Shown here piece by piece: positions 19,302 to 28,272 of a DNA stretch of 64,000 bases; positions within the stretch are counted from its first letter, which is position 1, and each line of letters begins with the position of its first letter. The DNA comes from a virus. Taxonomy: Duplodnaviria > Heunggongvirae > Uroviricota > Caudoviricetes. The notes beneath the pieces were generated by a model that saw nothing but the letters and a program-made list of their open reading frames with translations, did no database searches and was not told the origin of the DNA. The translations under genes and the position numbers were made by a program. Location of the stretch: the IMG/VR virus record IMGVR_UViG_2939521961_000009. One strand, 5' to 3'.

Positions 19302-20883
19302 CCAGCATCCCCTTCATTTCCGCAGCAAACATGGCATCACTGAGCAGCGTCATCAGGCGGGAATCATCCATTTCACGGTAAAGGGCAGGCAGGTCTGCCA
19401 GTGCCTCCGCCAGCCCCCGCGTTCTGATGGCATCAATGACCGGCTCCAGTACCGGGTCGATGGCCTCCTGTAACCGGCGGGCAGGCACCGCATCCCCCAT
19501 GTCGTCCAGTTCATCTCGGGGGCTGCTTTTCGCTTCCGGCAGTCTGGCAGCCAGCGCTGTCTGCTCTGTCTTCTCCTGTTTTTCCGGTGGCATCTCTTTG
19601 TCTGTCTGAGCAGGTTCATTGCCACTCTGACGGACACGGAAGATGGCTTCACCGGGGGCAGGCTGTGGAATACCGGTCTGCTCCCGTACCCAGGGATCAG
19701 GAATATCCATCCCCGTACTGAGCTGCATCACCGCACTGGTGATTTTGGTGATATCCCCCGGCTCTTTTGTCTGGAAACAGATACGCGGCAGGCGACGGAT
19801 ATCAATGGCGTGGGCGGTGTTCAGGGCATACAGCGGATACACCAGATCGCGGTTCAGCGTGGCGGCCAGCTGACGTAAATCAGAATCCCTGATTTCCCGG
19901 CGCACCTCGTTATGCACTTCACCCAGCGAACGTGCGCCCTTGTCTCCGGCTTCCGTGGTCAGCGTGCCGCCGAGGATAGCTTTGGAGATGGAACGCTCCC
20001 CCCACGAAATCATGGTTTCAAACGGATCGGCCTGACCGTTCGCTGCCGCCTGAAACTCCAGCGACATCCCGGCCGGGATGATCCCGCCTGTACGTCGCCC
20101 GATATCCATCACCGCCCGCATCAGGGCGCTTTTCTGCTCCGGTGTTGCCCCGGAGGGGTATTTACCGACCTTCATCGGCAGGCCGTACACCTCCAGAAAT
20201 TCAGCCAGATCGCGCACGGAATAGTTTTTGAAAATGAACGGCCAGATAAGCGTTCTGACAAGCCCCGTCGCACCACCGTAGCCGGTGCGTGAACGTGACT
20301 GATGCACTATCCAGCCAAAGGGCTGAAACGCCACCCCGGCATGGCTGCCGTCACGCAGCCGCAGTTCGCTCAAATCATCCGGGTTAAGGCAGAAATGCCC
20401 GCTGTCACGCCAGCGGATGGCGCGGATGATGTGCATTTTACCGAGCATCCCGTGCTCAATCTCCATGCAGGAATAGCCTTTCAGGATGGCATCGGTGGCA
20501 TCAAACAGCATGGCATCAAACCAGTCGGCGGAATGCAGATATTCGTCGAGCATTTCCGCGTCCTTTTTCTCATTCGCGCTGGCGTTCGGGGGCGGCTCAA
20601 TACTCCAGGGCACGCCCTGAATGGCAAGACGTCGCTTGCCCAGCTCTGCAAAAAGGTGGGTATCCTTTTCTTCAATGTCAGCGGCCAGATCGGACTGGGC
20701 AATCAGATCGCCACGTTCAGCCCCGCGAAGGCACTGTGCCGCCCGGTTCGGGGTGATACCCGAGGCCGGATGTTCAATATAACGGCTGGCAATCTGCGGA
20801 ATATCCAGCGCGGCGCTCTGCATCTCCGGGTCAAAGGAGAAAGGTTTTCCGTCAAGATCAATTATACGTCCCACTACCAGCAC
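19285..20883 (-). CDS. Portal protein (Mu gp29-like, DUF935)
   Basis: 532 aa following terminase large subunit. Confidence 0.85.
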   Translation of the reverse strand: MLVVGRIIDLDGKPFSFDPEMQSAALDIPQIASRYIEHPASGITPNRAAQCLRGAERGDLIAQSDLAADIEEKDTHLFAELGKRRLAIQGVPWSIEPPPNASANEKKDAEMLDEYLHSADWFDAMLFDATDAILKGYSCMEIEHGMLGKMHIIRAIRWRDSGHFCLNPDDLSELRLRDGSHAGVAFQPFGWIVHQSRSRTGYGGATGLVRTLIWPFIFKNYSVRDLAEFLEVYGLPMKVGKYPSGATPEQKSALMRAVMDIGRRTGGIIPAGMSLEFQAAANGQADPFETMISWGERSISKAILGGTLTTEAGDKGARSLGEVHNEVRREIRDSDLRQLAATLNRDLVYPLYALNTAHAIDIRRLPRICFQTKEPGDITKITSAVMQLSTGMDIPDPWVREQTGIPQPAPGEAIFRVRQSGNEPAQTDKEMPPEKQEKTEQTALAARLPEAKSSPRDELDDMGDAVPARRLQEAIDPVLEPVIDAIRTRGLAEALADLPALYREMDDSRLMTLLSDAMFAAEMKGMLDGTGD

Positions 20884-22538
20884 CCCCGATCAAATTCATG
20901 ATATGCCTCATCGTCATCACGATAACCGCCCTCCATGGCCCGCGACCGCTCCGGCAGCGCCTGACAGGCTGATTCATCCAGGATGAAGCCCTCCATGTAT
21001 GACGCCCGGTTTGCCATACAGAGCGCCACGGCAAAATCGCCATGGCGGCGGGCGTTCACAGCCGTTGCGTTCTGGTCCTTCGTACGCCCCTTGTCAATTT
21101 GCGGGATACCGTTCACCACCTTCACATGGCGCAAATCATCAAGCGTGGTCTGATGGCGGGCGACGAGGATATTCTGATCCTCAAACTCGGCCTTCAGTTT
21201 TGGCATCCACTCGCCGTACCACTTCGGCGATAACATCACGCAGTCGATGATGTCCGGGCCAAAGGCCAGCAGCGCGGCTTCGGCCAGATAGCCGCCGTTA
21301 CCGGTGGCGTCGAACGCCGCACCGACCAGCGCCGGAACGCGGGTCAGGATGTACATCATCACCTGCTCCTGCTGGGCATACGGCAGGTTGCGCAGCTCCA
21401 CGCGAAACACCTCGCGTTTTGCCAGGGATTCAGTGATTTCCAGCAGCACAAAGCAGGAGAGGTCACCGATGCGGGCAAAGTCTTCCCCGAAGCTGAAGCG
21501 GGAACGGGGATTTAACGCCTCTAAAAGCGGTTTTAAATGTTCTTCACACCAGGTTAAAACCTCCGATTCACGCAGCCATGCGGCACGGCTGATGAAGTCG
21601 TCCGGGGCTTCAAACGTCAGAATCGGGATGTCGCGGAGCATCGCCATTTCAATAAGCGCGTGAGGAATATAGGCACCGCCGGATTTTTTCGGGATACAGC
21701 CGTATTCCTCGTCGGCATCCTCACGGGTCGGGGCGTTTTTGTAGAGATCATCACGCCACTTCTGCTCGCTTTCCGGTGACCATTCGCGGCCGGTGACATA
21801 ACAGATACGACGGTACAGCCCGTCCGCAATGGCATCATCCAGGGTAATGCGGTGGACGCTGTAATCCTTGCGCCCCTCGCGGGCTTCCTGAATGTACTGA
21901 TTAAACAGATTATCGACGCCGTTATGCGTGGAGATAATACGCACGCGCGCGCCCCACATGGTGAGCGCCATTGCCGCCTTGAGAAGCTCATCCAGTGACT
22001 CGTGGAACGCGGCTTCATCAATCACCACATCCCCCTGAAGGCCGCGCAGGTTTGACGGACGGGAAGACAGTGCCTGAATTTTGAATCCACTGTTCGGAAA
22101 GCGGATCATGTAGGTCAGAATTTCTTCTTTTTTATCCCGATCCCAGAAGGTCTGCTCATACACATCAGCATCTGCCAGCTGGTTAAAGGCACGGGAGAAC
22201 AGTGCGCAGGCAGAAATATATTCCAGCGCCATCTCCTGCTTTGACCCCACATAAAACACATTGCGGCCACCACGCCGCTTAGGCTTTGCGGCGGTAATGA
22301 CGTTACGCCCGGCTTCCGCCCAGGTAAGCCCGGTGCGGCGGGATTTTTCCGCGATGCAGACCTCGCTTTCATCCTCAAACCAGCGGGCCTGATAATCCAG
22401 AAATACCGGCATATCACCGGGCAAATCAAGGCTGTCCGGCACATCCACGCCCAGCAGGGCTTTTTCACCGGCCAGATCAATTTTGCGGGTGGAGACGGTA
22501 TTCGTCAGTAAGGGGGAGAGTTCTTCGGCGTTATTCAT
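20874..22538 (-). CDS. Terminase large subunit (Mu gp28-like)
   Basis: 554 aa; terminase-sized ORF between small subunit-like gene and portal. Confidence 0.85.
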   Translation of the reverse strand: MNNAEELSPLLTNTVSTRKIDLAGEKALLGVDVPDSLDLPGDMPVFLDYQARWFEDESEVCIAEKSRRTGLTWAEAGRNVITAAKPKRRGGRNVFYVGSKQEMALEYISACALFSRAFNQLADADVYEQTFWDRDKKEEILTYMIRFPNSGFKIQALSSRPSNLRGLQGDVVIDEAAFHESLDELLKAAMALTMWGARVRIISTHNGVDNLFNQYIQEAREGRKDYSVHRITLDDAIADGLYRRICYVTGREWSPESEQKWRDDLYKNAPTREDADEEYGCIPKKSGGAYIPHALIEMAMLRDIPILTFEAPDDFISRAAWLRESEVLTWCEEHLKPLLEALNPRSRFSFGEDFARIGDLSCFVLLEITESLAKREVFRVELRNLPYAQQEQVMMYILTRVPALVGAAFDATGNGGYLAEAALLAFGPDIIDCVMLSPKWYGEWMPKLKAEFEDQNILVARHQTTLDDLRHVKVVNGIPQIDKGRTKDQNATAVNARRHGDFAVALCMANRASYMEGFILDESACQALPERSRAMEGGYRDDDEAYHEFDRGCW

Positions 22539-23119
22539 CAGGCTTTACCCAACAGAATCCCCTTAATACGGGACTCAAGCTGTTCACTCATCCCGTCCAC
22601 GCCGCGCAGCTCGTCGGTGACGGCGTTTGCCATCTCTTCAGCAAATGCAGCCCGGATTTCTTTTTCACGCTTAATGCTGCGCTCGGCGGCACTTTCCGCA
22701 CGCTGTGCTGACAGGAGGATGTCCTTAATAAGACGCATATCCACGTCGCTGTCACTGTTCAGGGATTCGGTCGCGGCACGCAGACGGCGGTACATCAGGG
22801 CGCGGGACATCTCCAGAATCAGCGCTGTGGTTTCACCGGTTGGCTTGTCTCCCAGTTCGGCCATCATGGCTTTTGTCTGCTCGCGTAAATCACGCAGGTT
22901 ACGGGCAATCAGCTCATTACGGGAGGCTTCCCGGCTGATGGCCGCCGGTGAAAGCTGCTGCTCTTCCGGCAGGCCCGCCTCACGGATCAGACGGTTGATT
23001 TCCTCGCGTATCTGGACCTGCGTCAGACGTTTTTCACGCAGCATTTCCAGCAGTGGCTTACGGATGCTGTCGGGGAGCAAATCCACCTTGCGCACGCGTC
23101 CACGCGTCGGCTTGTCCAT
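22538..23119 (-). CDS. Terminase small subunit-like protein (Mu gp27-like)
   Basis: 193 aa basic/acidic protein immediately upstream of large terminase. Confidence 0.65.
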   Translation of the reverse strand: MDKPTRGRVRKVDLLPDSIRKPLLEMLREKRLTQVQIREEINRLIREAGLPEEQQLSPAAISREASRNELIARNLRDLREQTKAMMAELGDKPTGETTALILEMSRALMYRRLRAATESLNSDSDVDMRLIKDILLSAQRAESAAERSIKREKEIRAAFAEEMANAVTDELRGVDGMSEQLESRIKGILLGKA

Positions 23120-23121
23120 CG

Positions 23122-23412
23122 TTACCCCCTTGCGCGTGGTTTCTTCACACCCGGAACGCTGGCGCGACCTTCCGCCACATCCTGACCCCGGCCGGTCAGT
23201 TCGGCGATGAAATAACCGTTAACGAGCGTGCGCTTACGCACCAGTCCCTGCTCGGCAAGCCAGGCAATGTGGGTGTGAACGGTGTCGCGGGACACGCGGT
23301 GGCCGTAATCATCCAGACAGTCCTGGAGCACGGATTCACCCAGTTCACCGTTGTAATCTGCCAGCGACCGCAGAATGACCAGACGCTGATCTTCAGTAAT
23401 GAAATCACTCAT
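23122..23412 (-). CDS. Hypothetical late protein (Mu gp26-like)
   Basis: 96 aa, synteny. Confidence 0.5.
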   Translation of the reverse strand: MSDFITEDQRLVILRSLADYNGELGESVLQDCLDDYGHRVSRDTVHTHIAWLAEQGLVRKRTLVNGYFIAELTGRGQDVAEGRASVPGVKKPRARG

Positions 23413-23717
23413 TGCGTTTTTTTCCTTACAGCCTGCTCCAGCAGCAGTTCGTTCTGATAGGAGACAGAGCGGAGCGTGGCGTTCGTGGTTTTCAGTTCAC
23501 CCCGCAGGGTCACGATTTCCACATTCAGACGGTTGACCTCGGCTTCTGTCGGCAGTGACGACAGGCGGGTTTCCACCTTCTCAACGCGGTCGGAGAGTTT
23601 TTCAAAGGCCTCGCGGGGGACAAACGTTTTGCGCATCAGCGCCATGAATATCCCGCCAGCGGTTGCCGTCGCCGAAAGGATCGGCACAACATAATCTTTA
23701 ACGATGCTGACCCACAT
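23409..23717 (-). CDS. Small membrane protein (Mu gp25-like)
   Basis: 102 aa with N-terminal hydrophobic helix VPILSATATAGGIFMALM. Confidence 0.5.
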   Translation of the reverse strand: MWVSIVKDYVVPILSATATAGGIFMALMRKTFVPREAFEKLSDRVEKVETRLSSLPTEAEVNRLNVEIVTLRGELKTTNATLRSVSYQNELLLEQAVRKKTQ

Positions 23718-23991
23718 GACGGGCCTCCATGATGTTCTGGCAGTTCACACAACGGATGGCATCCGGCACAGCAACAAGACGTGCGGCGGGGATCTCTCCG
23801 CCACAGTCCGCGCAGACACGTCTGCCCGGAGCATCCATTGCCCGGCGCTTACGTGTCAGCCGGTTACAAAGGGCGCGTTCTGATCCCCGCTCCATCACAG
23901 CCTGAGCACGATCTGAATCATCCATACCTTTTTCCTTACTTCGTCTTTCCTGCCGGAACAGCAGGCGTTCCGGCCATATCAGTAAATTCAT
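23698..23991 (-). CDS. TraR/DksA-family C4 zinc-finger protein
   Basis: CADCGGEIPAARL...IRCVNCQ four-Cys motif. Confidence 0.7.
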   Translation of the reverse strand: MNLLIWPERLLFRQERRSKEKGMDDSDRAQAVMERGSERALCNRLTRKRRAMDAPGRRVCADCGGEIPAARLVAVPDAIRCVNCQNIMEARHVGQHR

Positions 23992-24307
23992 GTTGTCGCC
24001 GCGCCTCCAGACGACGAATACTGGCCTTGTCCACGTTGCAGTTCTTGATCACCGCCAGCAGTTGCAGGTTGTAAGTGACCGATGCCCCAAACGTGAACGG
24101 CTCCGGCGCAGGAGGGACCAGGCAGTCAGCCAGCCATTCAGCGGGGATCGGCACCGGCTTCACAGGCACGTATTTCACAGACGGCCCGGCGCACCCGATC
24201 AGCCACATCATCAGGAACAGGGGCAGAGGCCGCAGGCACTGCCGCCAGCGACCGGCGGACAACGCTCTGCTGCCCCTCGCTGTGCTGAATGTTCTGTTGT
24301 TTTTCAT
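23936..24307 (-). CDS. Putative o-spanin (Rz1-like outer-membrane lipoprotein), overlapping the i-spanin gene
   Basis: Alternative frame within/after Rz-like gene; signal peptide ending in lipobox LIGC followed by Pro-rich sequence; start (MKNNRTF at 24307) uncertain. Confidence 0.5.
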   Translation of the reverse strand: MKNNRTFSTARGSRALSAGRWRQCLRPLPLFLMMWLIGCAGPSVKYVPVKPVPIPAEWLADCLVPPAPEPFTFGASVTYNLQLLAVIKNCNVDKASIRRLEARRQHEFTDMAGTPAVPAGKTK

Positions 24308-24488
24308 TCGTGGCCGCCTCACTGATTTGTGAAATGAGTTGCAGGGTGTGCTGCTGATTTGCCAGCACCTGACGCGCCTCATCCCGCTCACGCACAAGCA
24401 CCTGATTATTGTCTTCAAGGCGCTGCGTCTTCTGGTGCATTCCCCATATAGCGGCAACCAGTACAGCGATAATCCCCAGCGCCGCCAT
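24138..24488 (-). CDS. Putative i-spanin (Rz-like); start uncertain (ATG 24488 or upstream GTG ~24536)
   Basis: N-terminal TM helix AALGIIAVLVAAIWG then coiled-coil-like Gln/Arg-rich region; directly downstream of endolysin. Confidence 0.55.
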   Translation of the reverse strand: MAALGIIAVLVAAIWGMHQKTQRLEDNNQVLVRERDEARQVLANQQHTLQLISQISEAATNEKQQNIQHSEGQQSVVRRSLAAVPAASAPVPDDVADRVRRAVCEIRACEAGADPR

Positions 24489-24600
24489 GCACGCCCCGGC
24501 AATCAGGGCCGGTAAGGCATTATTCACCGCAGCCACAGGACACCCCGTAACAGCAGTACCGCACACAGCAGCGCTATCATGAGCGGTCGCCAGAAGCGGT

Positions 24601-25101
24601 TCAGACTTTCGGCAAGTCGTAGCGACATAACCATTCATCCGCCGAACGGCGGGCCTCAAGGCCGGGGAGTTTCACCCCCTTTGAATAAATCCAGCGGATA
24701 TACTGCTTACAGGACGCGGGCATCTGCCCGGCATTGATCAGGCGCAGAAGCGTGGAGTTGCGAAAGTTCGTTTCACCGGCCCAGAAGATCCACGAAGCCA
24801 GCGCCACCGTCTGACCACGGGTAAGCGGCACCTGAACACGCCGATCAATGGCCGCAAAGGCCCATTTCATGTCCTTTTCCAGTAGTTCCAGGCATTCTTC
24901 ATCTGTCAGGGTCATACCCGGTTTCACATCCGGGCCGGTATGGCCGTAACAGATGGTGGGTGTACCGGTGGGATCGATATACGTGGAGTTTTCTTTCCCT
25001 TCCCAGTAACCGGTGTAATGCGTGGCAATCGTGAACGTCCCGGCACCGGCCAGAACAAGGGCAATCAGCTTTTTACGCAGTGGTGCGGGGAGTTTTGGCA
25101 T
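24601..25101 (-). CDS. SAR endolysin (lysozyme, GH24-like)
   Basis: 166 aa; N-terminal signal-anchor-release-like hydrophobic segment LIALVLAGAGTFTIATHY and lysozyme-like body. Confidence 0.85.
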   Translation of the reverse strand: MPKLPAPLRKKLIALVLAGAGTFTIATHYTGYWEGKENSTYIDPTGTPTICYGHTGPDVKPGMTLTDEECLELLEKDMKWAFAAIDRRVQVPLTRGQTVALASWIFWAGETNFRNSTLLRLINAGQMPASCKQYIRWIYSKGVKLPGLEARRSADEWLCRYDLPKV

Positions 25102-25172
25102 TGTTACGCTGTCTCATGATGTTCTCTGAGTCAGCGTAACGGTGAAGGAGAGGCGGCAGGCTTTGCGGAATA

Positions 25173-25598
25173 TCAGAAAAGTGGCGGTTGCGTTCTTGCC
25201 AGATGCAGACGGCGCTGTTCGCGTATGACGGTATAAATCTGGGTTTCTGACATCCGGTAATGGCGGCGAAGGGATTCAATTTTCTCGCCCCGGTCCCAGC
25301 GCGAAAATATCTCATTGTTTCGCAGCTCGGCAAAGAGAGATTCCCCGACCGGCAGGTAATAACCCCGTCCGCCCATATAGGCTGCCTGAGCCGCAGCCAC
25401 CTTGCGTGCCAGTTTACCGGCCAGTACCGGCTCAATCCCCTGACGCTGAAGTTCTGCGCCGGTGACTTCAACCAGTTCTGACAGGGTCCGCGGCCAGTTC
25501 TTTTTGAGAACATCATCAGGGATGTCATCAAGGCGGTCGATAAGGGCGTGCAGTTGCTCACTGTCACCACCAAACATGCTCATCTGAGTTTCTGCCAT
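25173..25598 (-). CDS. Mor/C-family transcriptional activator (late/middle gene activator)
   Basis: 141 aa with C-terminal HTH-like region, positioned immediately upstream of the lysis/late genes as in Mu. Confidence 0.75.
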   Translation of the reverse strand: MAETQMSMFGGDSEQLHALIDRLDDIPDDVLKKNWPRTLSELVEVTGAELQRQGIEPVLAGKLARKVAAAQAAYMGGRGYYLPVGESLFAELRNNEIFSRWDRGEKIESLRRHYRMSETQIYTVIREQRRLHLARTQPPLF

Positions 25599-25667
25599 AT
25601 CAGCCTCCGGTTCTCGCGTTCCCGGTAAGTTTAAAATAAAAATCCCGCGTTGTGGCGGGATTTGGAG

Positions 25668-26177
25668 TTAACGGGGAAGTGATTTTTCATACTGCCTGCA
25701 AACGGCGTCATACCCCATCAGCGTGCGTTCGGGCATTCCCATCGCGGCCAGCATTTTGCGGCGGTGCCATCGCTTGAGACGCTCCAGCACATCTGAGGCC
25801 AGGGCGGGGTGTTGCTCCAGCCACTGCCAGTTTGCCACACCTTCGCCGCCGTTTTGCGCGGCCGTCTGCGATTTCACCCAGCGGTTAAGGGCGGTTTCCG
25901 CACCATCGGTGATAAAGCCCTGCCGGTGCATCACCTTCCAGATGGCGCGAATTTTGGCGGTCACCGTACCCGGTTTTAAGGCCCGGTTAACCGGGTTCTG
26001 ACGCACTTTAAAACCGCGTTTTTTGAAAACATCCAGCACGCGGGATAACTCATCCGGTGACATATCCCGGCAGCTGGTTTTGCCGGTGGCTGCCAGCAGC
26101 GCGGATGTATAAGTCTCATCATCCAGGGCAAGCTCGCGCTTTGCCACATGAATGGCGGATATCAGTTTTCCTCTCAT
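25668..26177 (-). CDS. GemA-like protein (Mu gp16-like)
   Basis: 169 aa, position upstream of Mor/C-like gene. Confidence 0.65.
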   Translation of the reverse strand: MRGKLISAIHVAKRELALDDETYTSALLAATGKTSCRDMSPDELSRVLDVFKKRGFKVRQNPVNRALKPGTVTAKIRAIWKVMHRQGFITDGAETALNRWVKSQTAAQNGGEGVANWQWLEQHPALASDVLERLKRWHRRKMLAAMGMPERTLMGYDAVCRQYEKSLPR

Positions 26178-26470
26178 ACCGTATTTACCTTTTTACGGAC
26201 ATGGAAAGCCTTTTCTGCCTCATCCCACCGGGCATGGTGTGTTGGTGGAATAATCATTATGTGCCAGCCATCTCTGGTTGTTATCCGGCAGAAAAATTCA
26301 CCGCTATATAACACAATGGCCTGCTGAATGAGCGCATCAGCCGCCCGTTCAACCGGATGTCTTTTATCAAAAAAGCAGATGATTTTTCGACATAACCACC
26401 GGGTAATAACAAATGCGCCGAAAAAGGATGTGATATATAAGCACCAGAACAACAGAGAACTATTGTCCAT
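26174..26470 (-). CDS. Hypothetical small membrane-anchored protein (accessory cassette)
   Basis: 98 aa with N-terminal hydrophobic helix; overlaps upstream gene by 11 bp; AT-rich. Confidence 0.5.
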   Translation of the reverse strand: MDNSSLLFWCLYITSFFGAFVITRWLCRKIICFFDKRHPVERAADALIQQAIVLYSGEFFCRITTRDGWHIMIIPPTHHARWDEAEKAFHVRKKVNTV

Positions 26471-26657
26471 TATCTTTCTCCTTATTCAGTCTTCTGCGAC
26501 ATTCGGCACAGTCATCAGGGCTTTCAAATGTATCCGGCTCGCGATTATGAGCCAGATATAACCACCGCCTACATATACTGATATTATCGCCAGTTTTAAA
26601 AAAATGATGCTTCTTAGCCATCAGAGGGCGCGCCCATCCAGCGGGTAGACTATTCAT
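26460..26657 (-). CDS. Hypothetical small protein (accessory cassette)
   Basis: 65 aa; overlaps neighbours at both ends. Confidence 0.45.
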   Translation of the reverse strand: MNSLPAGWARPLMAKKHHFFKTGDNISICRRWLYLAHNREPDTFESPDDCAECRRRLNKEKDNGQ

Positions 26658-27024
26658 TTGCTTTATCCTCCATACTGGACAAAATCATCTGTATTAATGT
26701 CGGGCGTGGAGATATACGCATTTCATTAAGCGTCTGAAGGGCAGCAACAGCTGCCTGTTTATCGGTGCCTTTGGCAATTTCCGCAAGAGAATGCACAATC
26801 CATAACGGACTTAACGCCACGACTGAATCCAGAATCATGTCATCCATAATAATTTCTGACACATCCCGCTTATCACATTCCTTATCCATAAAAGAAACGA
26901 TTTTTTCCACATCTTCCGGTTTCATGCCTCCGGCGATAAGAAATTTGCGATACTCATAAGACGATCTTAATTCAATACTCATATTCATCTCCTGTAACTC
27001 TGACAAGGACGTGATTTTTCTCAT
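26650..27024 (-). CDS. Hypothetical acidic protein (accessory cassette)
   Basis: 124 aa; ATG overlaps stop of the restored upstream small ORF (ATGA). Confidence 0.5.
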   Translation of the reverse strand: MRKITSLSELQEMNMSIELRSSYEYRKFLIAGGMKPEDVEKIVSFMDKECDKRDVSEIIMDDMILDSVVALSPLWIVHSLAEIAKGTDKQAAVAALQTLNEMRISPRPTLIQMILSSMEDKANE

Positions 27025-27118
27025 TTATGTTTTCCAGTAATACGGATATATATGTCGATAAGAAGATTCATAATAAACAGGAAGAGCGACATCCTGATAA
27101 AGAACCAAATATCTGGCA

Positions 27119-27205
27119 TCATGGACAGGTTTCCTGTAATCGCAAATATAACCCCCCCCCCAACACCGGAACGAAAATTGCGAAAAATACAAGTCTCTTT
27201 ATCAT
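27119..27205 (-). pseudogene. Small membrane-protein ORF interrupted by G10 tract (28 codons as sequenced; 61 aa to 27021 if tract is G11 or G8)
   Basis: ATG 27205 overlaps stop of upstream gene; MIKRLVFFAIFVPVLGGG then frame exits; restored frame is hydrophobic and ends in ATGA overlap with next gene. Confidence 0.45.
27152..27161. repeat. Homopolymeric tract, C10 on plus strand (G10 on coding strand)
   Basis: Ten consecutive C at 27152-27161. Confidence 0.95.
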
Positions 27206-27753
27206 GGCGTTAACTCCCGTAATACAGCGTCCTCGGCAGTCCGGCGATGGTGATAAATAAAATTCACCGTACTCTCGGATAATTCAAATTTCTCGCCTAT
27301 TTCCCGGAAGGTAAGACGTCGTGGTGATTCAGCATCCCGTAATTCACGAATAAGATGAACATCATCGTCAGGTATACGGGTGAAGGGCAGCAATTCTCCG
27401 TATTTTTTCATGCTTACGCCAATATATCGCGCCCGATTGTGGACAGAATCCCGGTCTCGCCCCAGATATTCTCCTATTTGCTTACCGGTCATCGTTCTGG
27501 CATTTTTTCGGATAAATTTATCTTCATCATGTTTAAATCTTGGACGTTTGCATTTGAGCAACTCCGGGTAAGTACCGCGTAATAAAACAATCCGGTTATG
27601 TACACCCCAGAAACTTCTTTTTACCCTGACAGCAATATCCTTAACCGGGGTGGATGGATAAAGCGCAATCAGCAGCGCATCTTCTTCAGGTGTCCACGCA
27701 CGGACATGAGCAGGTGCCTGACCTTTTCGCCCCATGGGTTGTAAAATCATCAT
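27202..27753 (-). CDS. Hypothetical protein, possible DNA-binding regulator
   Basis: 183 aa basic protein with repeated helix-rich segments; function not recognised. Confidence 0.5.
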   Translation of the reverse strand: MMILQPMGRKGQAPAHVRAWTPEEDALLIALYPSTPVKDIAVRVKRSFWGVHNRIVLLRGTYPELLKCKRPRFKHDEDKFIRKNARTMTGKQIGEYLGRDRDSVHNRARYIGVSMKKYGELLPFTRIPDDDVHLIRELRDAESPRRLTFREIGEKFELSESTVNFIYHHRRTAEDAVLRELTP

Positions 27754-27756
27754 ACA

Positions 27757-28272
27757 TCACCCCCTGACTCGCTTTTCAGCAGCATAAAACTCATCAGACA
27801 GAATTTCGGTCATTTTCTGATTTGCGGGTTTTACGCCGCACTCAAGGTAAATCACATCGTCAACGCAGAACCACTTCACAGGGCCAAACATGATTGCCGA
27901 GAAATCAATACCCAGCCAGAACAACAGTGCATCGGTTCTGGCATACGTGACGGGCGAATATTCACGCCACAGACTGTTAAGTTCGTCAGAGGCAACGCGC
28001 AGGGCTTTGGGAATACGTGATGTGCGCGGTGTGCAGCTCCAGCCATTCGACGCAGTCGGTTTTCGCCATAAGTCGCGATGAAAAGGATATTTGTCATCCA
28101 TAAAGCGCAGCCCTTTAAAACAAAAGCCACTGATACCGGATACAAATACCGACCGGCACGCAACATTCAGCACGGCCTCAAGGCGTTTTGCCTCATCCTT
28201 AACTTTCTGGCAGTCCTGCTGATATTTTTGCCACGCGGCCAGCGCGGAAGGGTTTGATGTTTTAAAGAACAT
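27757..28272 (-). CDS. Hypothetical early-region protein
   Basis: 171 aa ORF, tightly packed with neighbours. Confidence 0.5.
   Translation of the reverse strand: MFFKTSNPSALAAWQKYQQDCQKVKDEAKRLEAVLNVACRSVFVSGISGFCFKGLRFMDDKYPFHRDLWRKPTASNGWSCTPRTSRIPKALRVASDELNSLWREYSPVTYARTDALLFWLGIDFSAIMFGPVKWFCVDDVIYLECGVKPANQKMTEILSDEFYAAEKRVRG

Noticed and set aside
20302-20901. 199-aa plus-strand ORF
   Set aside because: Antisense to the portal/terminase junction.
27027-27260. 77-aa plus-strand ORF spanning the C10 tract
   Set aside because: Antisense to the translationally coupled minus-strand ORFs; the tract is better explained on the minus strand.
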